NCBI GenBank assembly: GCA_964036045.1
Contig: OZ038378.1
Coordinates: 121,334,001 to 121,398,000 of the forward strand
DNA: 64,000 nucleotides
Source of the DNA: Eutreptiella sp. 'Long Island Sound 2002'
Lineage: Eukaryota > Protista > Euglenida
Direction: 5' to 3'
Below are positions 1 to 12,618 of this stretch, one piece after another. Below the pieces are notes generated by a model. That model had not been told where the DNA came from. It saw only the letters and a program-made list of their open reading frames with translations, and made no database searches. Numbering within the stretch: position 1 is the first letter of the stretch; each line of letters starts with the position of its first letter. The translations under genes were made by a program, and so were the position numbers.

Positions 1-3000
1 GACCGCCCCACCCCCGTGGTCCAAATTTGCGGGGCCTCGCTGCCTGGCAGGCGACCGCCTCCTGGACGGTGTGTCAGCTCGCGTGGCAACGGTTGTTTCC
101 ATGGCTCCAGGTGACGGTTTCCATGGTCCCTGATGCAGCCTGGCTGGGCTCAGACCAGGGGCCTTGGACTACCGCTTCTGCTACCAGCCCGGTGGGTCGG
201 CTGGGTCGCCCCAGTTCGTCCGACCCTTGGGGCGTGGGTTGTTGTGCCCTGACCCTCTGCTACCACGGGTGTGTACGTGTCCGCGGTATACCTGACCCCT
301 TAGCTTGCTTGTCCACCAATGTGCGCGTCCTGTGTGTTCTGTGCACGGTGTCTGTGGCCAAGTGGAGCTTGTTCACCGATGTGCGCGCTGTGTGCGCCTC
401 GCGCGTGGTGTTGGTTGCACCGTTGGGGTCCCCCCCCCTTTTATTTGCTTTTTTTTGTTGGTTGTTTGTTGCCTCTTGTTTTTTTTCCAGAGGAGGGGGA
501 AAGTTGAGGTGACGCGGGCACACTACAGGCACAGCCATGAACTGTTGGAGCAGCGGTGCGGCAGTGCTGCGTTCCTCTTGTGGTGTGCCTAGCTTGTGTA
601 TCCCCGGCGGCTGTGCCGTCTTGCGGCCGGTGATAACGCGTGTGGGTTGTGATGGGCGTTAGGAACGTGGGTTCTGGAGTCATATTTATGGGTCCGCTGC
701 CGGGTCTGGCGGTGATGGGGGTGGGCCGTGTTGGATGGCAGTGCTCCTGCAGTGCCCAGCAGGGCTGTGATTGGTGTTTGCGGCCGAGGGCTCTCGTTCG
801 GCCATCGGCTGTGGTGGCGGTGGGTAGGGGGGGGGGGTTGGACCACGGCTGTGGTTGTCCGGCTTGGAGCCCCGATCGTGCTGTCTGTGGTACGGTCCTG
901 CCGGGCGCTGGTTCGGGTGTGTAACGTGGCGATGGGTGTGGCCCTGGGCGGTTGGCGGCTGGGGTCTGGGTGTGTGTATCGGGGTCTGGCGTGATGGGTG
1001 GGCTGAATGCTGGACGTGTGGTGTGAATGCCCATGCTGGGTTGTTGGGTACGTGGGTGAGGTGGTGTTGTGGCGGTCGGCGTTTTGGCGGTTCCGGGTGT
1101 GTGCGGTGGTAGGCTTCTGAGTTTGGATCCTTGCAGGCGGTTGTAGGAAGTGTCGCTGGCGTGGGGCCCCCTAAGGCATCCTGCCGGATAAGGTGCGGGC
1201 GCCGCCGGACGGCGGGCGACGCGCGTCGTGCTGCCTGGCGCACGGAGGGCCTGGGCTGCTGTGCGTCAGATCTCCCGCAGGCGCTTCAGGACATGCGGGG
1301 CGTCCTGGGGTGCGGAGGGCTGGCAGGGCTGGATTTCCTGGGGATGGAGCGCATCGTCCAGCATGGCTTCCCATGCGTCCTGCGGCACCCATCACACCGC
1401 TGGCCTGAGCGCACGGTCCACCGTCAACTCCTTTCGGGGACGACCGAGCAGCCTCCGAGGGAAGACTCCGCGCGGGCCCATCTCTGCAGCTGCCATAGCT
1501 GCGTATGGGTCTAGTGCTGTCTGGCGCGGGGGTTGCCGGGGCTGCTCTGCGTCAGGATGGATGTGGTCCCTGAAAATGCTCATTGAAGCCACACAGTTGA
1601 CCCAGGAAATCCTTTCCAATGGCATGCTGTTGTCTGGGGGAGGTTCGCTGGGAGCTGGTCCATGTTGGCCTCTGGGTAGCAGCTGCGACCCGTGGAGGCT
1701 ACACGGTGCAGTACGGGGTCTACGACAAGGTGCCTGCCCCGTTCGACGGGGAGCACCCAGATGCGGTCTCCTGCGGGGGGAGCGGGCGTTCGCAGTTGAG
1801 CATGGCGAGTGGGGGTCGCTCCCGTAGGACGATGTGCAGGAAGGTGTGGAAGAGGAAACCTCGGACGCCTTGGCCCAGGATGGCCGCCTTGGTTGAGGCT
1901 GGCTGCCCGGACTGGCTGGCTGGTGCTTGAGGACCCGAGATGCAACACCCCCTGGGGCCCGTCCACAGCCTTGATGCGCTGCCGTACCGTGGGGAGGTTG
2001 TGGAGGGAAAAAGTGGCGGGAGCTTTCGGGTGAGGGGGTGTCCCTTGGTGGTCGCCGGAGAGGTGGTTGGCGGACGGATGCGTTTGTAGGAGGTGGGGGT
2101 GCTGGAGGCTGGTGAGTCTCCTCGTGCTGTGAGTCGTGCTGGAGACTTGGGTGCAGGGGGAGGGCGTGTGGGGGTGGCAATGCTTTGGCTGGGGGTTTGT
2201 TCTTGTGCGTGGTCTTCGTGTGCGTCACACAGGTCAGGCGTCCCCTGGCTGGCCGTGGTGTTTGGCAGGTAGATGCAGGCCTGGGATTCTTGGTGCAACT
2301 GCAGTTTGCGGCGGTGTGCGGTTGTAAATGCGCGGTGTCTGGGGGCAAGGACTACTGTTCGGGGGGTTGAAGGTGGTGGTGGGACGCGCCGTGTGCCCAG
2401 GGCGGTGGCATGTTCTGGCCTCTTTGTTGATACTGCGCGTGTATGGCCCCTTGTGAACCTATCGGGGCGCATGGCGGCCGGACTATCCTGGGCCCGTGCT
2501 CCGGGGGTGGCAAGTGGTGCTTGGTCGCGTGGTCGTGGTGGTGTGGGTGAGTTGATTGCTTGTGGCGCCACCGCACTGGCAGGTACGGTAGCATGGGCTG
2601 GTCGTGGTGGTAGGTGTCAGGGTGGTGCTGTGCGATGTGCTGGTTGCGTGGCCTGCAGACACTGATTGTGCTGGAGTGTGATGGTGACGGACCTGGTGGA
2701 CTGAGCTGTGGTATTGGGGCACCGGGATGCCGGGGTCTGGGGTTGCGGGGGTGTGTCGGTGCTACTGGTGGTGCCATGGTCCCTGGCCTTGCAAGAGCGG
2801 CGCTCCCTGTGCGGCATGGACTTGTGAATGCGGCCTTCCCTGTGCGGTGTGTACTGGGTGCTGTTGGTGCCGGGCCCGGGTGCTGTGGTACTGTGGTGGC
2901 GGTGGGCGCTGCAGAGGGTGTTGTTGGCTGCGTTCATGGGGGCCCTGGAAGTGTCATATTGCGATGTGGCTGGCGGCATGTCTCGGTTGGGGCCTGTTGG

Positions 3001-4340
3001 TGCATCCCTCGGCCTGTTTTTCCCATTTGGTCTTGCGCGCGTCAGGGGCCAGCTGGTCCGCCGTGGCCCCTTTGACAGTGACTGGGCGCTGCCGTGCCAG
3101 CAATGCGCCTCTCTGAGGCATGTCTCGAAGTCCCTGATGTAAATGCAGTGGTTCACGGGGCCCAACTGTCTGGTGGCCGCTTTGCTGGGGGCGGCTAGGG
3201 GCCTCAGCTGTGAAAAGGGGAAGGTGTGCCTGTAGTGGAGCTCTTTGAGGGGCTAGGGCTTTCCTCTCAGCCAGCAACAAGCAGGCGCGCCAGAGGTAGT
3301 GCGCCACCTCCTGCGGCACCGTCTCTGCCCAAGCATCCGGTCCCAGGGCCGCTATGTGGGGGGTTGGGGGCCGTGGGACAGGGAGATGGGGGCTGCGGTG
3401 GTGGAGTTGGGGGACAGACCGCCACATTCAGGCGACCTCCGCTGTGGCGTAGAGGCGGGCTGTGGGGGGGAACGGGTATTTTGCCAGTGGCCATGGCAAT
3501 GGCCGATGTTTCATCCACCGTGTGCGCCGCGTAATGTGCTCTTAGGTAGCCCTGCAGGTCGTCGGTGAGGAACCCGAAGAGGCTGGGTCGGCTGGCAGGG
3601 GGGGGAAACGGCTAGGGCTGCGGGCTGCGTGCTGTGGTAGGGGTGTAATTCCCCAAACTGGGGGCAGCGGGCCAGGCGCTGCGTGGCCCCGAGGCAGACC
3701 CAGTGGCTTCGGTTGCAAGGCAAGGCAGTTTGTGGCAGCCGTAAGCGTACACAGAGGGGGCATCTGGTGGCGGCGGTCCGGAGTGCTGTGGACGAATGGT
3801 GGCGTTGGGGCATGGGGACTTGCAGTGTGTGCATGCTGGCGGGCGCTCATGTGTGCCTCTGGTGCATGTGTGTGCTGCATCACCGTTGTATGTGGTGGAT
3901 GGGGCGCCAGCAGGGGGGGGGGGGTCCTTGCGACGGGCTTGAAGGGGCACTACGGTTGGTGGAAGAGGAGTTTGAGGAGCTGGACCTGGTCCGTCGGGTG
4001 TACGGTGGCCACATGTTGTAGGTACATGTGGGTGCCGTATATGATTTGCGTGGCCGCTTTAATGAAGGCCGTCCGTTTCATGTGTCCTGCTGTGGCTGGG
4101 GGGTCTTCGGCGTGGTTGCTCAACAGGGTATAGATGGCGGTCGAGACAAGCCCCCCCCAGACTGTCTCTAATACCTGTTTTTGCCGGCGGATGGGGGTGG
4201 GTTACCGAAAGGGGGGGACAAGGAGGGCGCAAAAAAAAAAGAGACAGAGAGGGCGGGGGGGGGCAAGCACAAAGGGCCGAGGCCAAGGGCACCCAGGGTC
4301 TGAAACAACGGAAGGGCGCGGATAAGGGGGGCGCGAAGGA
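1..4340 (-). mobile_element. Family A element, copy A1 (non-LTR-like, degenerate coding cargo, 3' end just outside window)
   Basis: 1-860 matches 15130-15968, 37600-38500 (opposite strand) and, over 1-about 600, 46260-46960. 1165-1510 matches 8345-8780 and 36900-37335. 1572-2140 matches 10553-11212. Orientation is taken from copy A4, which has a (CCTA)n tail and a 14-bp TSD. The 5' limit is approximate. Confidence 0.7.
3511..4135 (-). pseudogene. Degenerate N-terminal cargo ORF of family A with RING-finger-like motif
   Basis: 3650-3765 reads CPLC-x11-C-NRS-H-WV-C-LG-A-TQRLAR-C-PQ-F, a C3HC4-like spacing with two ligands substituted. Stops and frameshifts lie nearby. Confidence 0.4.
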
Positions 4341-4360
4341 AAAAAAAAAACAACAACAAG

Positions 4361-7300
4361 GTTTGAGGGTTGAGGTTTGACGTCTCGGGTACCAGGCGCT
4401 CTTCGGCCCCGGAGGTCAGCCTGGTCAGGCCAGGTTATTTCCTCCCCACCGGTACCTAGTGGTAGGCCCTTCATGACACACCTCCTGCCTGGGGGCGGAG
4501 TCCCCCGGGTTCACGAGTCTGGGAGCCCTGTCCCTCCCCGCTTCCCGATTTTGTCACTCCCCGGCCATTGCGTCACCGTCGTTGCAGGCGCTTAACTACT
4601 ACGCCGCCCCCCTGTGGCGTGGTTGTCCGGGCTGCGGGAGCCACCGTGCCCGTGCCACCAGCTTGTCGCCAGTGGGACCCCAAGTGGCTGGCGCGGAGGG
4701 TCCCTAGCCGCGTGGCCGGTGCGTAGCACTGTGTGCTACTACGCCTCGGCGGGTGCAGTGCCCTGGTCGTGTGTGCGCGGCGCTTGCGGCAGTTCTGGGG
4801 GGTCGGGGCCGGTGCCGGGTCTCGCTTCTCCCCTTGAACTCCTCCCTTCCCTGGTGTCCCTCTCGGTGCCTGTTGCGGGTGGTCCTGCCCGGGTGTCCCT
4901 TCCCTTCGCCTGCCGCTACGCAATTCCAATCGGTCTGTGCTTTCTGCGGGCTCGGTCAGGTTGCCCTTTGAGTCCGCGCCGTGTCTCCGCTGTGTGTGTG
5001 TGCGCTCGTGCTCCCGCGGCGTCTGCGCCCCCCCCCCCCCCACGGGTTGTTTCGGGGGCGCACTACGCGCGGCTCTGGTGCAGGGCACCTGTAGGATTAT
5101 TCCAGGCGGTTCATGCCCCTCCGCGTTTTCTGCCCCGGTTCCCTGCTCCGCCTATTTAGCTTGGGGTCGCTCTCCCCCCTGCGGGCGGGCCTGTTCTCGC
5201 ATGCTGGCTTTGCGCGCATTGGGGGCGGCACGAGGCCGCTTGGGCCCCTCTTGCCTTGCTGTTGGACGTCCGGGGTGGGGCGCTCTCCCACGCCCGACTG
5301 CCCGTCCTTGGGGCCTGCGGCCGGGGCCCGCTACCCACAGGCTGTGGGTTTGGGATGTGTGGGTCTGGGGACCCGTCACTAATCGCACAGCGCGCGCTCC
5401 TGCGAGCTGGCTTTGCACGCTGTGGGGCCAGCATGAGGGCGCCCGGGCAGGGGCACCTCTGGCCTCGGAGTGCGGCGTCCGGGGTTGGGCGCTCTCCCCC
5501 TGCCCGATCGCCCGTCCCCGGGGCGTGCAGCAGGGGCCCGCTACCCCAGGCTGTGGGTGCGGGCTTTGTGGGCGTGGAGAACTGTCACCAACCCCACAGC
5601 GCATGCTCTTGCGAGCTGGCTTTGCACGCTCTGGGGGCGGCAAGAGGCCACCCAGGGAGGGGGGGGCCTTGCCTGGGTGTGGGGCATCCGGGGTTCGGCG
5701 ATCTCCTACGCCCGGCCGCCCATCTTCGGGGCGTGCAGACGGGGCCCGCCACCCGATGGCTGTGGGTGCGGGGTGTGTGGCTGTGCGTACCCGTCACCAA
5801 CCCCACAGCCCGCGCTCGTACGAGCTGGCGTTGCGCGCTGTTGGGACGGCATGAGAGCGCCCGGCTGGGGCGCTTCTTGCCTGGGTGTGGGGCGTCCCGG
5901 GATGGGCGCTCTCCCACGCCCAACAGCCCGTCCTCGGGGCGTGCGGACGGGGTCCGCTATCCACTGGCTGTGGGTGCGGGGTGTGTGGGTGTGCGGACCT
6001 GTCACCAACCCCACAGCGCGCGCTCGTGCGAGCTGGCTTTGCGCGCTGTTGGGACGGCATGAGAGCGCCCGGTTGGGGCGCTTCTTGCCTGGGTGTGGGG
6101 CGTCCCGGGATGGGCGCTCTCCCACGCCCAACAGCCCGTCCTCGGGGCGTGCGGACGGGGTCCGCTATCCACTGGCTGTGGGTGCGGGGTGTGTGGGTGT
6201 GCGGACCTGTCACCAACCCCACAATGCGCGCTCGTGCGTGCTGGCTTTGCGCGCTGTAGGGGCTGCACAAGGGCGCCCGGGCAGGGGCGCCTCTGGCCTG
6301 GGTGTGGGGCGTTCGGGGATGCGCGCTCTCCCACGCCAGACAGCCCGTCCTCGGGGCGTGCAGTAGGGGCCCGCTACGCATCCGCTGTGCGTGCGGGGTG
6401 TGTGGGCGTGGGGACCCGTCACCAACCCCACAGCGCTCGCTCTTGTGGGCTGGCTTTGCGCGCTGTGGGGGCGGCAAGAGGCAAGCCAGGGAAGGGGCGC
6501 CTCTTGCCTGGGTGTGGGGCATGGGGGGTCGGGCGCTCTCCCACGCCCGACCGCCCGTCTTTGGGCCCGCTATCCACTGGCTGTGAGTGCGGGGTGTGTG
6601 GGTGTGCGGACCCGTCACCAAGCCCATAGCGCGCGCTCGTCCGAGCTGGCTTTGGGCGCCGTGGGGGCGGCAGGAGAGCGCCCGGGGGGGGGCGCCTCTT
6701 GCCTGGGTGTGGAGCGACCGGGGATGGGCGCTCTCCCACACCGACTACCCGTCCTCGGGGCGTGCGGCAGAGACCCACTGGCTGTGGATGCGTGGGGTGT
6801 GGGCGTGGGGACCCGTCACCAACCCCACAGCGTGCGCTCTTGCGAGCTTGCTTTGCGCGCTGTGGGGGCTGCACAAGGGCGCCCGGGTAGGGGCGGGTTT
6901 TTCTTCGGTGTGGGGATTCTGGGCCTGGGCGCTCTCCCACGCCCGACTGCCCGTCCTCGGGGCGTGCGAACGGGGCCGGCTACCCACTGGCTGTGGGTGC
7001 GGGGTGTGTGGGCGAGGGGACCTGTCACCAACCGCACAGCGCGCGCTCTTGCGAGCTGGCTTTGCGTGCTGTGGAGACGGCAAGAGGCCGCCAAGGGAGG
7101 GGCTCCCCTGGCCTGGGTGTTGGGGGTCCGGGGTTCGGCGCTCTCCCACCCCCGGCCACCCGTCCTCGGGGCGTGCGGACGGGGCCCGCTACCCAATGGC
7201 TTTGGGTGCAGGTTGTGTGGGCGTGCGGACCTGTCACTAACCCCACAGCACGCGCTCCTGCGAGCTGGCTTTGCGCGCTGGGAGGGCGGCACAAGGGAGC

Positions 7301-8345
7301 CCAGGCAGGGGTGCCTCTTGCCTTGGAGTGGGGCGTCCGAGGTTGGGTGATGTCCCACGCCCGACTGTCCGTCCCTGGGGCGTACAGCAGGGGCCTGCTA
7401 CGCATTGGCTGAGCGTGCGGGATGTGTCAACGTGGAGACCCGTCACCAACCCCACGGCACGCGATTTTGGGAGCTAGCTTTGAACGCTGTGGGGGCAGCA
7501 AGAGACCGCCCAGGGAAGAGCGCCCCTTCCCTGGGTGTGGGGCGTCCGGGGTAGGGCACTCTCCCCGCCCGGCGGCTCGTACTTGGGACGTGCAGACGGG
7601 GCCCGCTACCCACTGGCTGTAGGTGTGGTCCGTGTGGGCTTGCGGACCCGTCATCAGCCCCACAGCGCGCACTCTTGCGAGCAGGCTTTGCGCGCTGTGG
7701 CAGCGGCACGATAGCGCCCGGGGGGGGACGCCTCTTGCCTGGGTGTGCGGCGTCCGGGGATGGGCGCTCTCCCATACCCGACGGCCCGTCCTCGGGGCGT
7801 GCGGCAGGGGCCTGCTACCCACTGGCTGTGGATGTGTGGGGTGTGGGCGTGGGGACCCGTCATCCACCCCACAGCACGTGGTCTTGCGAGCCGGCTTTGC
7901 GCGCTGTGGTGGCGGCACAAGGGCGCCCCAGGGGGGCGCCTCTTGCCTGGGTGTGGGGCGTCCAGGGTTGGGCGCTCTCCCACGCCCGACCGCCCGTCCT
8001 TGAGGCGTGCAGCAGGGGTCCGCTACACACTGGCTGTGGGTGCTGAGGGTGTGGCCGTGGAGACACGTCACCAATCCCACAGCGCGCGCTCTTGCGAGCT
8101 GGCTTTGCGCGCTGTGGGGGCGGCAAGAGGCCGCCCAGGGAAGGTGGCCCCTTGCCTGGATGTGGGGCGTCCGGGGGTGGGCGCTCTCCCACGCCCAACC
8201 GCCCGTTTACGGGGCGCGTACACCGGGCCTGCTACCCACTGGCTGTGGATGCGTGGGGTGTGGGTATGGGGACCCGTCATCAACCCAACAGCGCGCACTC
8301 CTGCAAACTGGCTTTGCACGCTGTGGCAGCGGCACAAGGCGTGGC
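4361..8345 (-). mobile_element. Array-bearing non-autonomous element E (about 208-bp tandem array + about 700-bp unique region + TCAAACC-type tail)
   Basis: Minus strand ends in TCAAACC-TCAACCC-TCAAACC at 4361-4381. Architecture parallels element F at 23017-27120. No TSD found, so its status as one element is inferred. Confidence 0.4.
5065..8345. repeat. Tandem array, about 208-bp unit, about 16 diverged copies
   Basis: Anchor GCGCTCTCCCACGCC (with variants) recurs at about 5280, 5489, 5697, 5906, 6114, 6323, 6533, 6728, 6928, 7138, 7349, 7556, 7766, 7972 and 8181. Units at 5906 and 6114 are nearly identical. Confidence 0.95.
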
Positions 8346-11212
8346 CCCCTAAGGCATCCTGTGGGATAAGGTGGGGGCGCATCCTGACGGCGGGCGGCGC
8401 GCGTCGTGCTGTCTGGCGCACGGGGTGCCCGGGCTGCTGTACGTCAGGCAGTGCCGATGCAGCGGGTGTCTGTGCGGCGTGTTGGGGGGTGTCTGTGCGT
8501 GGGTGCGGGCTTCGAAAAAAATGACCCATAGGCGCTCTCTTTCCTTCCGCGCCGCCTGGAGGATCTCCTGCAGGCGCCTCAGGACATGCGGGTAGTCCTG
8601 GGGTGCAGAGAGCTGGCAGGGCTGGATTCCCTGTGGATGGAGAGCATTGTCCAGCATGGCTTCCCATGCATCCTGAGACACCTATCCCCCCGCTGGCCTG
8701 AGCGGACGATTGGCCGTCAACTGCCTGCGGGGACGACCGAGCAGCCCCTGGAGGGTAGGCTCCGTGCGGGCCCATCTCTGCAGCTCACACAGCTGCGTAT
8801 GGGTCCAGCACCGCCCCGACGGTCTATTGGCGGGTCGGTGGCCTTTGGCCTGGGTGTGGGTGTGGGTGCAGGTGCCAGTGTGCTTGGTGGTGTTGTAGGC
8901 ACCGGCGGCAGCGCCGGGCCTGGGGACTCCCCTAAACCCTGCGCCGCGGGGCTGTGCGGGAAGTGAGCGGGCTGTGGGCGCACGCGGACACACTGACATT
9001 TGTATAAGGTTATGAAGCAGCGGAGCTAGTCCCGCATCTGCTGGACATGAGCAGACATCGGGGGTTCATATGGGGGTGGGGGCACCACTGGCTGCCCTTT
9101 GTGTTGCCCCGGCCCGGGCGGGGGGGGGTGTGGCCTGTGGGTCCAGGGTTAGGTGTGGGGATGAGGCGCGTCGCAACTCTGCTGTGGCGTGTTGTACCAT
9201 AAAAATGGTGGCGGCGGCGTCACTGATGGCGAGGGGGGCATTGTGGCGGGCGCTGCTGCTGCCGGGCCCTTGGTCGCAGGGGCTGGTGGTCGTAGAGGAC
9301 GTCTGTTCGGGGTTCGACCTGGGATGCTGCGACATGGGCTCCGGAATGGGTTTGGCGGTGGGTTGTGGCTGCTGCTTGGTGGTGGGCTTCCGTGGCCGCG
9401 TCGCCTTGAGTTGTGGCTTAGCGGCAGGTCAGAGATTTGGCTGGGGTGCGGGTGCAGGCTTCGCTGTGGTGAATTGCTGCCGCGCTTTGCCGGTAGCAGG
9501 TCGCGGGGCTGCGGGGGTAATGGCGTTTCTGGGGGCGCTGGAACGGGGTTCGACTTCGTGGTTTTTGTGAGCCGTGTTTCTGTGGTGAGGGGTCTGTTCT
9601 GCTGGGCGGGGTTGTGGTTGTGGAGGTGAAAGAGGTGGTTGTGGTGGCGGACAGTCCAGGCGGGGGAAGGGAGGCTGGTGGAAGAGGTGAAAGGGGTGGA
9701 CGGGAAGGATGCAGAGACGGAGGAGATTGATGTTGGGGACGCGGGTGCTGGCTTTGGCTGCAGCGCCGCAATCCGGGTCCTATAGGCAAGGTGGGTGAGG
9801 GTGTGGGTTCGGCCATCCGGTGTGTGCGTGCACTTTCCCCGTTGTTCTATGTGCGTGCAGTTGCTGGTGCTGTGGGCCGTGTCATGTGTTGTGCGTGGTG
9901 GTGTCGTTGGGGCGTTTTGGATGCACAGGTTGGTGAGCTACTCGCAGGGGGTCCACATTAGCTGCAGGACGTGTGGGGCCAGTCGCTGCAGGCAGTAGAA
10001 AAATCCGGAAAGGGCCGCCGGATGCTGGGCATCTCCTCCTCCGTGAGCTGGGAGTATTGTTCGGTGGAGGTGTCCTCGTGCCACAGCAGGATTCTGAGGG
10101 GGGTCGCCACCATGAACAGGCAAAGCTGCAGGCACATGAGGCTTGGAGGGGTTGGTTCCCCTGCAGTTCGCGGGGGGGCTCCTTCTGCTGGGGCCGGATG
10201 GTGACCTTCGACTTCCAGCGGTGGGCCGGGATCTGCCGGGACCGTTATGTCCCTTTGGCGAGGAAGTAGAGCGGCCTGCCAAGGCCCTGGTTGCCGCTGC
10301 GGATGGTCTTGAGTGACTTGTGCTCCCACGTGCCCTGGATGTGGGGGCCGTCAGGCTGGTCAACCCTGGTGTATGTTCCGGGGCTTTGGTGGTGTGTGGG
10401 GGCGTATACTCTGCAGGGAGGAGGGAGTCCACGGCGTGGAGCATCCAAAGATCAGATGGCGCGTGCTAGCGAGTGTCAGAGAGGGTAGTGGCGGTTGTAC
10501 ATGAGGGTCAGGTACGTCCAGGGGTCCGGCTGGCGGTTCGTTGGGATGGGGAAAATGCTCAGCGAAGCCACGCAGTTTACCCAGGACATCCTTCCCAATG
10601 ACATGGTGTTCGCTGGGGGATGTTGGCTGGGCGTTGGGCCATGTTTGGCTCTGGGTAGCGGGTGCGGCCCGTGGAGGCTACATGCTGCAGTACGGGGTCT
10701 ACGGCAAGGTGCCTGCCGCGTTCGGCGGGGAGCACCCAGATGCGGTCTCCCCAGGGGGGGGGCGGGCGCTCGCAGTTGGGCATGGCGAGTCGGTGTCGCT
10801 CGTGTAGGGCAACGTGGAGGAAGGTGTGGAAGAGGAAACTTCGGACGCCTTGGCCCAGGGTGGCCATTTTGACCGAGGGTGGCCGCCCGGGCTGGCTGGC
10901 TGGTGCCCGAGGTGCCGAGACGCAGTACCCCCTTGGGCCCGTGCACAGCCTTGAGGCGCTGCCGTACTGCGGGGAGGTCTTGGAGGGAAAAAGTGGCGGG
11001 AGCTTTGGCCAGTGCGGCGGCTGGTGGTGAGGTGTGTGGCAAGAGCGGGGGTGTGGGGGGGGCAGGTTGTTGCTGCTGCTGTGTCCAGAGTCCGGTGATT
11101 AGGTGTTCCTTGGTGCTCGTCGGAGAGGTTGTTTGCGGACCGATGCGTTGGTAGGAGGCGGGGGTGTTGGAGGCTGGTGAGTGTCTCCGTCCGGTGAGTC
11201 GTCCTCGAGACA
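8346..11212 (-). mobile_element. Family A element, copy A2 (internal fragment, contains about 1.75 kb absent from A1)
   Basis: Homologous to A1 on both sides of 8790-10550. Part of the extra segment (8790-9600) is also in copy A5 (28575-29216 and 36739-36900). Degenerate frames include QDAWEAMLDNALH...LRRLQEILQ. Confidence 0.75.
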
Positions 11213-11479
11213 ACGGCGGGCAACATCAGAAGCCAGCTGATGAGGGTATGCACTGACCACCATTTGTTGCAGCCCTGGGTAAGGAAGCATGTCCACACGC
11301 CGTCAGGACCTGCCGCTTGCCAGGCCATTCCGCACCAGACACTTGAGACTTCGACCTTACGGTGGTTTATGTGCCGGGCCGGCTAAGAAGAGTGTCAGAT
11401 TGCTTGAGCAGGTCGGCATACCTCGCCTGCAACGACTGGTCTGATATCTCTATACATAGAGACGCAGCCAAGACAGCTG

Positions 11480-12618
11480 CGGCAGTTAAACTGCTTGGCC
11501 CCCCCCGGACCTCCCCCATGATCCCCCTCCCCGTTACATGGGGTGCCAAACACTCCCTGCGAGGTGCCTCTGAAGTCACAACTGCCTCCGGCCTTACCGC
11601 CTATGTCCTACAGGGACCAGACAGCCACCCTGTTTGTACATACACTGACAGCAGCCGCATCGGGTCACCCCCTGCCTCAGGCGCATATGCCCTCCTCCCT
11701 GACGGACACATTGTTGTATGTGGTGTACCCGCCCCCCCCAACTCGTATAAAGCAGAGGTCATTGACATACTCCTGGGGTCCGGATTTCCCCCCCCCCATT
11801 CTACAATCAAAGTAGATTGCAAGGGTGCCATTGCCTCGACCACCAGGGACAAGCGGCCTGTACGCCATGCCCGGTATGTCCAGATGGCCAGGCGTGCCAT
11901 CCAGGACAAGGGTCACCAGTTGGAGTGGATTGAGGGTCACAAAGGACAGCTCTTTCAGAAGAGGTCCGATGAGTATGCGAAATACGGTTCCTCACTCCCA
12001 CCCCCACCACCTGCAGTTGCCACAACCCCCTGGGACGTCATCCGCCACGGTGAACTCGTGCACCCGCCACACAAGGTCTGGACACACAACCTTACCCCTT
12101 CGCACACCCATGATCATTACCACTCCACCTCGTGGGAACTGCTCAAAACGCGCCGGCTGGCGTGGTATAAATGGCTTTTCGGGCTACAGACACGATTGGG
12201 GTATAGCCACTATGCTACCTACTGGAACGACAACGTCCCTCCTGTCCCCTGTCCCCACTGCGGCCACAGACACAACCTCAGTGTGCATGGCTACCTCACC
12301 CATTGCTCCCCAACCCACCCCCTTGTCCAGGCATGGTTCACTGCGTGGCCCGACCAGTACGTCCCCCACACCTGGCGTGCCACAGCCATCAGGCGTGAAC
12401 TCCGCATCGTAGGAAGGCTTGCTGTCCCCGTCTGGCTTTTTCGCGCCCTGTGTTCCAGCCATGGAGGGCCCAGAGCAGTCAGGAAAATCGTACACAAGTG
12501 GCAGCAGGCAGTACTGGACAGCGTCACCGCTGTTTTGTCTGGATCCATCCCAGCTTCATCGTCCAAGCCCAACCCCTTCATGCCATCTGACTGGCACATG
12601 TCCTCTCGCCCAGTCTGA
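11480..12618 (+). CDS. 3' part of LINE ORF2: RNase H domain + CCHC zinc finger (open, 5'-truncated)
   Basis: RNase H motifs YTDSS, NSYKAEV, VDCKGAI, LEWIEGHKG...RSDEYAK, then CPHCGHRHNLSVHGYLTHC. The tracked ORF 11362..12618 is an in-frame chimera with gypsy RNase H. Confidence 0.85.

Noticed and set aside
4361-4381. GGTTTGAGGGTTGAGGTTTGA as a telomeric repeat
   Set aside because: Only three imperfect units with TGA rather than TAG. It is better explained as a retroposon tail.
4381-5060. Hammerhead or other ribozyme in the unique regions of E and F (Penelope-like hypothesis)
   Set aside because: No CTGANGA...GAAA core found by eye on either strand. An Infernal search would be needed to exclude it fully.
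5065-8345. Many long overlapping ORFs (up to about 319 aa) on both strands
   Set aside because: They are by-products of a GC-rich, stop-poor 208-bp tandem array and show no domain motifs.
11362-12618. 418-aa ORF as a single natural gene
   Set aside because: The first about 39 codons are gypsy RNase H and the rest is an inserted LINE. The junction coincides with the TSD.
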